DNA from: Auanema rhodensis
Lineage: Eukaryota > Animalia > Nematoda
Length of the DNA stretch: 64,000 nt
Reading direction: 5' to 3'
Assembly (NCBI GenBank): GCA_964057225.1
Contig: OZ059897.1
Coordinates: 7,068,001 to 7,132,000 of the forward strand
The notes below the pieces were generated by a model. That model was not told where the DNA came from, ran no database searches, and saw only the letters and a list, made by a program, of their open reading frames with translations. Made by a program: the position numbers and the translations under genes. The stretch's first letter is position 1. Every line of letters starts with the position of its first letter. This document shows positions 52,758 to 64,000 of the stretch, in pieces.

Positions 52758-55700
52758 ATGGTGTATGGATTAACTGATGCTTTAAAGAATTTGAATTCAT
52801 ATTGTCAATCAACTAGTAATCGCTTACGTGATTCATTTTCTCCCAGTCGTAAGTCCATGTTTTACAGTTGTTTTTTTGTTTTTTGATATATAATCATTTA
52901 AAGGACAAGGATCAATTCCTAGTATAAGTTCACCGTCCACTCCTTCTAAGAATAAAAGCTCAAAAACTCAGGACGAATTGGTAGAAGATATGTCGTCCGA
53001 AGACAGTATGCCAGATAGTAACATGGGTTAGTTTTACATATAATTTTTATTATATTTTATTTTATTATTACTATTATATGTAATAATTATATATTTTTCT
53101 TCCTTTAGGTATGTCCCGTACACAATTCCGTCGTTTTGGAAAAGAAACTGTCGATTACATAGCTGATTATATGGAAACTATTCATAAGAGACGTGTTGTA
53201 CCAGCTATTGAACCTGGATATTTGAAGGTTATTCTATCTTATATATGATATTTTAATCAATATTTGTGTAAATATAGGATTTAATACCATCTGATGCTCC
53301 TGATAAACCAGAATCCTGGGAATCTGTCATTGATGATTTTGAGAAGTTGATTATGCCTGGAATTACTCATTGGCAACATCCAAGGTATGTTTAGTTGTTG
53401 TTTTGTTTTTGATGTTTCTGAGTATTTTACACATAAACATGTTTAGATTCCACGCCTATTTCCCGGCTGGTAATAGTTTTCCATCAATTTTGGCTGATTT
53501 GCTAGGTGACGCATTGGGATGCGTTGGATTCAGCTGGGTATGATCTTGGTAACTTATCCACAAGTCTAGTTCTATATTTCAGGCTTCATGTCCAGCTATG
53601 ACGGAATTAGAGATGATCATGCTTGATTGGTTCGGAAAAATGATTGGACTTCCCAAAGAGTTTTTACCTTTGACTGAAGGAGCCAAAGGTGGTGGGGTTA
53701 TTCAGGTATAACATACACAATGACATAACCTCCAATATCTGCTGAAACTTTGTAGGGATCAGCCTCTGAATGTAACTTCGTTTCGTTACTAGCTGCTCGA
53801 TTTGAAGTAATGAAAGAGCTTCGTCAACGTTTTCCATTTGTTGAAGAAGGTCTATTGCTCTCAAAACTGATTGCATATTGCTCTAAAGAGGTCACAAGCA
53901 TATATTCTCAGAAGCCTCTCTCATCAATCTACTTATTCTAGGCTCACTCATCTGTTGAAAAGGCTTGTATGATTGGAATGGTTAAACTAAGAATACTAGA
54001 AACTGACAGCAAGTTCAGATTACGCGGTGAAACGTTGAGAAATGCCATTCAGGTTCGATTGACGAGAGTCAAGAAAATTGAAAAAATATTTTTCAGGAAG
54101 ATAGAAATCTGGGACTAATCCCATTCTTTGTTTCTACAACATTAGGAACAACTTCATGTTGTTCATTCGATGTACTATCTGAAATAGGACCTGTATGTGA
54201 AGAAAATGAGTAAGAATACCTGAATGTGTGACTGATGTTTACAATAATTTTTCAGACTTTGGTTGCATGTTGATGCAGCTTATGCTGGTTCAGCTATGAT
54301 CTGTCCAGAAAATCGTCATCTGATGAACGGCATAGAATATGCCATGTCCTTCAATACTAACCCTAACAAATTTATGCTAATTAATTTTGATTGTAGTACT
54401 ATGTGGTAAGTTCTAAGTTGCTCTGGGCTAGTAATTAAAAAAAAATGTTTGTAGGGTCCGTGATCGTTTTAAACTAACTCAAGCATTGGTAGTTGATCCA
54501 CTGTATCTACAACATAGTTGGATGGGTAAGATTCTAAGTTATCAGTCAGCAGTATCAACTTCTATATGTTTAGATAAGTCAATCGATTATCGTCATTGGG
54601 GTATTCCACTGAGTCGAAGATTCCGTTCTTTGAAATTATGGTTTGTCATCCGTATGTATGGAGTTGAAGGTCTACAACGCTATATTCGAGAGGTATCATT
54701 GAGTAATGATACTATTTTGAATCACACATCATGATTTTCAGCATTGTCGATTAGCTAAGAAGATGGAAGCTTTAGTTCGTGCTGATCAAGTTTTTGAAAT
54801 AGTTGGCGATGTTCATCTTGGTTTAGTATGCTTCCGGATGAAAGGTGATGATGAACGAAATCAATTACTTCTGACTCGATTAAATAGTTCCGGACGTATA
54901 CATATGGTTTGTTGAACATTTTACAACTTTTTAAAGTTTCTCTTATCAAGGTTCCTGCTTGTCTTAATGATCGTTTCGTCATTCGCTTTTGTGTTTGTGC
55001 TGAAAATGCTTCTGACAAAGATATTGAAATAGCTTATGATATTATTTCCCAGGCAGCTCAACATATATTACGTAAGTTGATCTCGAAACTCAAGATATAT
55101 ACAAAGGAATAATGTTATAGATGAAAAAGCTGCTGAAGTTTTGGTTGAAGATAGGGAAGCTGAAGAACTCGAAGAAGAAGCCTATAAGGCTGAAGAAGAA
55201 GGCAGAGAACGCAAGGTATACAGATCTAGATAGCATGTACAAGATTCATTTGTAATCTTTTCTATAGATTTCTTTGGATAATGTTCCAACTCATCCACCT
55301 ATGGAGACTCAAATATCAAAAGAAGAACTATTGGCATACAAACAACAGGAAAGTTTAGCCAAGAAAAGGTAGGTCAAAATACATTATTGTTATGATTGAT
55401 GATGGTGTACAGTGGTGAAGCATGTTTCTAAAAGTTATGTTGTTCAGAGTGTCGTGCTGTAGAGTAGGACCATGCCCATGTTTAGCATGAATCGTGTGAA
55501 TGCAATTCGTTTTGTTTTCTTAGGAAAATATTTTTTCTAACCCTTTTTACGCATAATCATATCTTGTTTATACAGACTTTTGTTATCCTTGTACTTTTTT
55601 TTTTCTTACTAATACTAATCAAAAGAATTATATTTTCATCAGCTATGCTAAATAAATTATCATTACTAAATGTGTTTGTGTTTTGTGGTTGTGGTTGGGC

Positions 55701-56280
55701 TTGTGGTTGGACTTGTGATTGGACTTGTGATTGTTATGAGATTTAGTTAGTTTCTTGATTGTTATCATAGATGGCTGGATACTAGTTTGATATTCTTTGA
55801 AACTGATGTTTAGTAGTAGCTAAAGCTGATAGTAGATCTTCAGCATTTTCAACTACTTTCTAATACGTACAAGAATGTAACATTCTTTATCTCTAGATCG
55901 TTTCTTGTGCGGATGGTTTCCGACCCCAAATGCTACAATCCAAAAATTATTCGTCATTTGAACATGGCTAATCATCGAAAAATGAGTCAGGATCTCTTTA
56001 GAGATAGAACCTTAATGTGGGCAATGACTTACGACATATTGAGTTAGAGTTTCATTTTATTTCAGGCAAACGATCTCTCATAGCCAAAGACCAAATCGAC
56101 TTTCTAATCAATCGCCTGGTTCAGGAGGTTCCGGTAAGAGAATACAATAGATAAAAGCTGTTTTGGTTGTTATATAACGATGTATTTCCAGCAGCAAATG
56201 CAAATGTTTTCACCTATGAAGATGAGGAAGATACTGTCTGTGTGGCTCTTCAACAGACTGGTTTACAGACACCAATCTAA
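52758..56280 (+). CDS. tdc-1: Tyrosine decarboxylase (PLP-dependent group II decarboxylase)
   Basis: [17 protein letters not shown]...; [13 protein letters not shown]; [25 protein letters not shown]; [11 protein letters not shown]; PLP lysine in SFNTNPNK; [21 protein letters not shown]; tail [17 protein letters not shown]...QTGLQTPI*, as in nematode TDC-1. Confidence 0.97.
55683..55733 (+). repeat. 12-bp tandem repeat (TTGTG[G/A]TTGG[G/A]C, about 4 copies) in a tdc-1 intron
   Basis: ttgtgg ttgtggttgggc ttgtggttggac ttgtgattggac ttgtgattg. Confidence 0.8.
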
Positions 56281-56467
56281 GAGTGGAGAGTTTAATCGTA
56301 CAGTTTAATAAGAAAATATTCTGAATATTACAATTGTTGTAGTTTTGTTTTTATCCGCGAAAAAAAATAATTTTTTCTTTTAGATTTATCAGTTTCGTAA
56401 TTAGATTGCTTTTATTTCTTCTAAGTTTTCATTATTATTAAAGGTATATGTAACATTTGAACAACAT

Positions 56468-58130
56468 GAAAATCAATAAATAATTCATTTTTAGATAAAA
56501 ATCATTTGCTTAATTACAATAAAACATTTAAAATGTAAAATATAATGAGTATAAGAGACTATAATCTCATACAAATTCGAGAAAGATCAACACAATGCTA
56601 GAATAATCGATGAGAAAAATCTTTTGTTAATTATTTATTTATATGAAATAATTACATTTTTCATTTAAAAATAAAACTTTAGACATGTTAGAGAATATTC
56701 CAGAGATAGTTATTGATTGAATAAGAATAACATCATCAGCTTTTCTTCCACGAAATGGTTTCTGAAAGAAACTTTTTTAAAACTTGGCGTCATAACTAAA
56801 CTTTCAAAATAATATTAGATTAGGTACAATTATATGAAACGGAACAAAAAAATGTTAAGAAAAGACCTGTATTAATAAGAAAAAAATAATAACAATTTAA
56901 AAAAAAGTGTACACATTACCAGTAATATCATAAAAAAAGAAAGAAATTCACATTCAACAAAAAAAAAGAAGGAAACAACTAAAATTAAAAAAATGAAAGA
57001 GGGGTTTCCTTTCACTTACGTCAAAAACTTAATTTGAATATATGTAAACGTGAATGTTAAAATAGTATTTTAATTAAAATAGAAGAATATTTAATATAAA
57101 ATAATTTTTATTTATTAAAATTAAAAATATAAATATTTATTGAAATAAAAGTTTATTTTTATTCTTTACAATCCATTTCATGCAAATTTCAATTAATTTA
57201 TTGCCATACTTTCTTAGAGCATTAATTTCTTGAGAATTACAAAGACAACTAAGCTCATAACATTAATTTTTTCGAAATTCACAATGCTACCAAACTCCAA
57301 ATTATAAAATCTTAGTCTTAGTTTCTCTAAGAATATTGATCATTTTCTACAAATTAGAATTGCTTACTCGCTCCAATACTTTTTGAAAATTTCTACATAA
57401 AGACAGTTAACCTGTATAGGGTTGTCATCACCGAATGCAATATGAACAATTAGCATTTTAGGATAATGACTATGTATAGATATATCTATTTCAATCAATT
57501 CTAAATAAGCCAAATAAACTTTTATTAAGTTGTTTTGAAATGTTCGAGGAAGTTCATGTTGTTACTGTTAGCGTCATCATTTTTGTAACAATGTACTGTA
57601 AAGTGACATTTCTTTTTCTTTGACCACTGATGTCAGAGTTGTCTCTCTGTATGTTGATCTTCTTCTTTCTCTAATGTATTTCTTTGAGTGATCAGAGATC
57701 TTGGAAGCTTTTTTCGTTAACTGAGGGCATATCTTGAGTGTAGTATGTTCGAACATAAGGTCAAAAAATAAAAATAACATAAGACAAACACGGAAAATGA
57801 TTTTTATGTTGTTGTATTACATCGCACTATGACAAAACGATTATTAGTACACGAAGTAGGTTTTTGATTTTTGTTTATCAACTTGTGATATGATGTATGG
57901 TTATTCATTTGGTAAACGCTTTTAGTTTTTATTAGTTTCTTTAAGTTTATTTTAAAATTTTAGTACAAAAAACCGATGTTCTTGTACACTTTACAGCTCC
58001 TCCCTCATTATCATTTTGTATGGAGCATTCAAACAACACGAAAATCAATAAATAATTCATTTTTAGATAAAAATCATTTGCTTAATTACAATAAAACATT
58101 TAAAATGTAAAATATAATGAGTATAAGAGA
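56468..58130 (+). repeat. Exact 91-bp direct repeat (56468-56558 and 58040-58130)
   Basis: gaaaatcaataaataattc...atgagtataagaga is identical in both copies, 1572 bp apart. Confidence 0.95.
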
Positions 58131-59371
58131 TCATTCATCCACCAAATGGTTTGAAATAAAGCGAATTCTGAGAATCTTAATCAGCTTTATCAGCATCATC
58201 CAGCATACACGAATTGATTACGTTTAATCAATTATAATTTGAAAAAAAAATTTCTTGCATTGAAAGTTATATGTACTGGATCCTTGGGGCGATGCTATCA
58301 TGTAAGGATAAGAGTTAGAAACCAACAATTCAGATTCAAATTTTCATTTTTCGTTTCGAGACAACGATGAGCGGTTGTTCTTCCAATAGAAAAACTCAAA
58401 ATTCTTAGTTTTCAACCCAACTTGGATAGTATTCCAGGAATTCTGATTAAGCATTAGCTGAACTGAGGTATAAACTCTTCAGGGTTCAGAGAGATAAAAA
58501 TGGGATAATTACCTGATAAGAGTACTTCTGACCTCATCATCGTTTAGACATTTCATCTGTTTATCAGTTACTGATTGTATCAAAACTATTCCTTTATGCT
58601 CAATAGGTCTACTAGTATGTGCTGAGTCTTCAGTCTAAAGTACCTGAAAATAAAGGAAAAGCTTGCAGATGATTTCATAAAAGCTGTGCTGTGACAGTAC
58701 CGAAGAGTAAAAAGCCTATGAATATTAAAACAAGGAACTCACCCTCTCTGTATTACCATTTATCTCTCTTTCTCTCTTGCTCGTTCCCTCTCTTTTACGA
58801 TTCATCTCTCTCTATTTCTCTTTATCTTTCTTCTATTTCCTTTTATCTTTCTCTTTTCTTTGATCTGTGCCTCCTTGCCTCTCTTCTTCTCAAATATTTT
58901 TAATATTTAATAATAAAGTTTCTTATTCTTCTATCTTGAATACTCTTGTTCGCATTCCTCAACCATAATCTAATATTCTTTTTCAGCCAATGTTTGATAA
59001 AAGCAAAGAAAGTAACCATCTTTCAGTATATAATATTCAAAAGGAAATTTGGGGTCTGAAAAAGTATGCGCACAATAGCAAGAAGGGCGGAGCTTTCTAA
59101 TTAGATATCTAAATTATAAATTAGCTGCATGGTTCAATATACTTTCATATATAAAAATGTTAAATGATAAGTGAATTCTGTTTCAAAATTGTTTGTCTTA
59201 ACTATTTATTAGGAAATAATGAAATAACAACCATAAACAAGGTGGAAAACTAATATCTAAGTTGTTTTATAATAACTTATAATATATAAACAACATAATA
59301 AATATTAAATACATATAATATTATTCAAGAGAGTCATATGGATAATGCATGCTACAATCATAGTTAATGTT

Positions 59372-60076
59372 TCAACTCAACTGAATCTCTTCTGTTATTA
59401 GTCTTTCTCCTCCCACCTTTGTAGCCCTAGCTTGCTCATCGTTAACTAAATCATTCGTGGCATCGTCAGTACTTTTGTTTATATTAAGATTTTTGATATT
59501 AGTTTTACGAAGAAGTTCAAAAAATTCCTGGGAGTTTTTAACCGTAAATCCTTTAAGAAGCACTTCACCACAATCAATTGCAAAGTATCGTGGCAGTGAT
59601 GGGCGACAACATCTGATAATATTTATTCCAATGATTTCGATTACGTTTAAATCCAAATTACAAACCTGCTCGGGTCATAATTCCACCAAATATTATCTCT
59701 TACACCCCATGTAACCATTTGGGATGAATCTTTTATCTGTTCTATGGATTGAATAGATGAAATAGCTATTCGTTTCTGAAGGCCTTTAGGAAAATAATAA
59801 CATTTAAGGATAATACAATCTTGACTTAACTGTAAATGAACAAAAATGTTTAATTTTATACTTGAAAATGGAAAAGGAGAACTCTGTTTTCTGCTGACTA
59901 ACCTTGCAAAATCGATCCTCATACACAACATCAATGTCATGCTTCTCATCTTCTGACGTCGGATCTTCATTATATTCCGAACAATCACTAATAACACAGA
60001 CTCGTGTGTTATTCCTTTTGAAATCATGGGAAGGAGCAGTAGCAGGTGAGGGCGTAACTCCATCCTTCCAGGGCAT
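59372..60076 (-). CDS. Small conserved hypothetical protein (YYFP...WG...WW...KGFTV pattern, probable PH-like fold), 3 exons
   Basis: Exons 60076-59903, 59829-59666, 59612-59372: ...VVYEDRFCKLSQDCIILKCYYFPKGLQKRIAISSI...TWGVRDNIWWNYDPSRCCRPSLPRYFAIDCGEVLLKGFTVKNSQEFFELL... Confidence 0.85.
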
Positions 60077-60481
60077 AGCTTTGATAAATAAGTATAAGTT
60101 AGTATAAATGTGTTTTCAAATATATATATATATATTGGTCAACGATTGAGAGAATATAAAGTTTTTTTTTTGATTGCTAAAAAGAGTAAAAATATGAAAA
60201 ACAGTATATAAATCTGACAATAGATTTTTAATAATGAAAGGTAATGACAACATACCATCTAAGAGGTAACCATGGTGATATATTCGTAATAATTTTTACT
60301 GATATTCTACTATATCTATACTATGTAAATATAATTTGTATATATACAAAACAACATTATTTTCTTTTTTTGGAAGAAAATTATTGAATGGTTCGTAATA
60401 CAAAAATAAATTTAAAAAATATTCCATATAATCAATTTATTCGACTAAATCATATTTAAAAATTTCTGTTAGCACATTATT

Positions 60482-61272
60482 TCACTGATTTTGGCATGTA
60501 CATTTTAAGCTGGATGCTCGACGTTCAAAACCATAATGCTCTAGATCGAAGACATCGTAGCTATCGAGACCAAATGTTCGATGAGTTCCTGAAATATGCA
60601 GACATATTATTTGATTTGATTGCTTTGAATCTTTGAATGCTTGTCTCTTTGCATCAATAGTTCAAACTTATTTTGCATACGAAAAATCTCTTTTTTTGCT
60701 ACACAATAGAGCTAATTGGATGTGGATTAAAATTTTGGAACAACATGCATGAAAGACAATGTGTGCTATGTTGAGGGAGAGAAATATTTTCTTGGCTATA
60801 ATTGAAACTACATTAAGAGAAATCAACACACCTGTCTGATTTCGAAAATCCCACATCTCTAAAAGGCATGCCGGCTTTACGATAACAGCAACAGCTGCAT
60901 CATCCCACTACACAAATTATCATGATAATAAGGCTATTTAAGATGCTCAATTGTGATTTACCATTGCTCCTAGAGCGCCATTTCCATTGATACGAACGCG
61001 AAAAACATCTTCAAATGAGCAGTTTGCTGAAGAAAAGACAAGAGCACAACAAGCTGAACATTTCGTAAGAAGCGTTGGCACGCATCCAGAAAATAAGGAA
61101 GATGAGACAGCGACCAAAAGAGAACAAATCAGAAAAGGAATGAGAATATAATTCTGCTGAAAATTGAAGGTTAGCAATCAATGTAGTTTACAATTAAGAA
61201 AAAAAAAGGTTAGCCAATCATTCGAATAAGATATTAAAAAAACTAAAAAGATTAAAAAGTGTGTACCTTCAT
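60482..61272 (-). CDS. Secreted Cys-rich syncollin / beta-gamma-crystallin-like protein (127 aa), 4 exons
   Basis: Exons 61272-61267, 61156-60962, 60907-60832, 60588-60482 splice in frame to MKQNYILIPFLICSLLVAVSSSLFSGCVPTLLTKCSACCALVFSSANCSFEDVFRVRINGNGALGAMWDDAAVAVIVKPACLLEMWDFRNQTGTHRTFGLDSYDVFDLEHYGFERRASSLKCTCQNQ*. The first exon is uncertain. Confidence 0.8.
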
Positions 61273-64000
61273 ATTCTTTAAGTGAATATTTACTATTTAT
61301 ATTTTGTGTGAAGAAGAAGTTCGAAGGGGAAATAGTTACAAAAGTATTTTTAATATGGTTAATGAACCGTTTTAGAATAAAAATATTTATGCTAGATATA
61401 AGAATAGTGAAAACAGATCGATTGTGTGTTAAGAATCGCAATGACATTTATCATTAGCTCTCTAGACTATAAGAACCAGACATGCTGCTGTAACAGAACT
61501 CAAATCAATTTTTAAGAATAAAAACACAAATTGGATTCAGATGTTTCTTTTATTATTTATTATTATATATGCATTTGTCATGTAGATTATTATCTCGTCA
61601 GTTGTCCACTCTTAATCTGTTAAGCCTGTACGATGATCAGGCTACACACTTGTTTTGACACTCCTCCTCCCCTCCCTTTCTTCAACTTTATCTTTGACTT
61701 AGTTTAGGCGTAATGCGTATTAGGATAACATTGCGAATTTCTTTTTCTTTTTTGTTGAATTTATATGTTTATATAGTGTATCACAGCAATTTTTATATTC
61801 CAGAAAAAAAACAAAAAATGGGGAAAACATAACAACTGAAAACGACCATCATATTTTATTCGAGACTTTAAGGATTGGTGAATATGTACGAAAAAAAAAA
61901 AGGAAATAGTATAGTAGTTGCAGTGTGTATGTGTATGTTAGTATGGGACGCTAGTGAAAAGGAAAATAGTAGAGAAAGGAAGACATATAGAGAGACAGAG
62001 TGATAGTAGAATAACACTGAGATAGATTAAGAAATAGAGAAAGAGAGTAAGACATATAGATAAATGAAGAGATCTTTATAGAAAAAAGAAAAAATTAAGT
62101 AGGAAAATGCATGTTTGCAAACGCTTTTTCTCTGAAAGAATATGAAGCTTAACTTTCTTATAACTATATAAAGAAAGCATTTGATAGAGGCAGATTCAAA
62201 CACTCAAAATAGTTAGATTATACAGTAATTCATTAAGGTAATAAACTAATGTTCATAGATAATTTCATATAACAAGACTATGAATCTTCTTTTACACTTT
62301 TAAAAAATGGTCTGATTACGATTGTTTAGTTAAGTATATACATCTGTATAGTTTTTCATTCATTGAATTCTTCATTTTTCTCTTTTCAAATAATATCACA
62401 CATAATAGATTACAATTGGATATAGAATATTACTTGATAGATCATACATATTGTTATATATGTCATTCATAATACTTTTTTTTCCCAATAGCAAAACTAA
62501 GGTACACAAAGCAAAGTAGTCAATATTTTGAGGTCACGTACACATACATGCCTCCATCTTCCACAATTGTTCCAATTATACTTCATATGTTTAAACGGAA
62601 TAGTCTGAGTTTATGGGAATATAACTAATGTATATGATAGATACTTCTTACTGTTCGAAAGTGAATATCTAAATTGCAATTCAGCGCAAAATGCTGTGAA
62701 AGAATGAAAGATGAGGAAGTTTGTTTTCAGCGTCATTTAGCGGCGCTTTTCAGGAGAAAAATTGAATTACTCAAAGATCTAAATGTCTCTCTGCTATGTT
62801 AGTTCAAATGTTAACCAGTAACAACATGTGGCGGAAGTACACTTATTTTTATTTGTAATTTGGTTATGAGCGGTTGTATTTCTTCTATTAGCTGAATGGT
62901 CCAAATTTCACAATCTGTTGTTCAACAATTAAATGCCGGGTTAATAAAGGAACAAAGTCCATGTTACGAGGGAAAAGATCAATTATTCTAAAATTTCTCA
63001 TGAAAAATTAAAAAAGAAAAAAGGTTTTTTTTAAAGTTTCTGACACACAACATAAGATTATTATACACTTCATAAAATCTATACGTTCATCCAACCATCT
63101 ACCCTTACGTTTATTCATTGTCTGTGGCGTATGTGTCGGCCTTTCGTGTTGTCCATGTATTGTTGGCCTTCGTAGGATTCCGCAAGATGGCGATTTTCCT
63201 TAATCTATGAAACTGTCATTTGAAATAACAATTTTGGAGAAATCTTGTAAGAAAAAAAATGAAAAAAAAAAAAAACTTTTCAGAGAAGAATGAGAAGATT
63301 AATATTAGTTGGACTTCATAATAAATAACAACAACAAGGATCACGCAAAACGTAATAGATGTGTTTCTTTAAAATAAAGTATTTAGATCTTTATTGCAAG
63401 AAAGGTTGAAGTTAAGACGTCTTGAATCCAAATTTTCACTGACTGCTGCTATAGTATTCTAATTGAGTCAAACCTAGTATAAGAGATGCAAATGTAAGTG
63501 CATGCAACGGAAAAAAAGGGGATATGACAATAAACAAGAGAACACAGGAATGAAAAAAAATTATTTAAAGTTATAAATATAATTCTTAATATATATATAT
63601 TCATTTTTTAACGTTATTCATCTTTTTCAAGAATTTTAGCTGCACAATAGGATAGAATTCTCAAGTGTGTATTGGTCTATTTGTGAACACCATGACGCGA
63701 TAAAATACAGCTTTAAATGTATTTTTCTTAACGTTAAAATCAAAAAATGAAATTGAAATTAGTGCAGTTGGATAGAGCATAACAAGGAGATTTGAATGAT
63801 ATAAAAGTTTTAAAAAAATATTTGCGTATATAAGTTTTCCACAGCGTCGAGAAAACTCTGAATTGTAAAGTATGCTTTCTTAGAACTGTTATAACATTTT
63901 ATAAAATTAGTTACATGACTAATAACATATACCATTCGATAGAAAAGAGTTTAAGGAATCCAAATATATAAAATTTGGTAAAAAATATATCAGGTACGTA

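Noticed and set aside
1-64000. Telomeric TTAGGC arrays, programmed DNA elimination break motifs, CRISPR arrays, tRNA/rRNA, known miRNAs, transposase ORFs
   Set aside because: Only isolated single TTAGGC hexamers are present. I saw no repeat-spacer array, canonical cloverleaf with A/B boxes, recognisable miRNA or transposase/RT motif by eye. An elimination motif cannot be assessed without a species-specific model.

Overview
Eukaryotic, AT-rich, gene-dense genomic DNA, most likely from a rhabditid (clade V) nematode. Evidence: introns are mostly about 40-55 nt, TTTCAG/TTTTAG acceptors often sit just before ATGs (consistent with trans-splicing), and tdc-1 is very close to the C. elegans protein. 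The six-frame ORF track mostly shows exon fragments, so I spliced the gene models by hand. Recognisable genes, left to right: CCDC25, tomm-40, ATP synthase F1 delta, a SIRT2-type sirtuin, myeloid leukemia factor, NOC2/pro-2, TFIP11/stip-1, folliculin flcn-1, a VWA + C-type lectin, and tdc-1. Hand splicing also gave several unannotated small genes: a secreted syncollin/beta-gamma-crystallin-like protein (most notable), a possible ependymin-like type II membrane protein, a Shisa-like Cys-rich membrane protein, a small PH-like protein and two orphan membrane proteins. Other signals: frequent AAG splice acceptors, an abrupt switch from tiny to kilobase introns inside flcn-1, two candidate structured RNAs, a possible intronic polyadenylation switch in tdc-1, and a local duplication of a decayed gene. 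I found no tRNA, rRNA, CRISPR array, telomere array or intact transposon. Family assignments rest on recalled motifs, not database searches, and exon boundaries may be off by a few bases.
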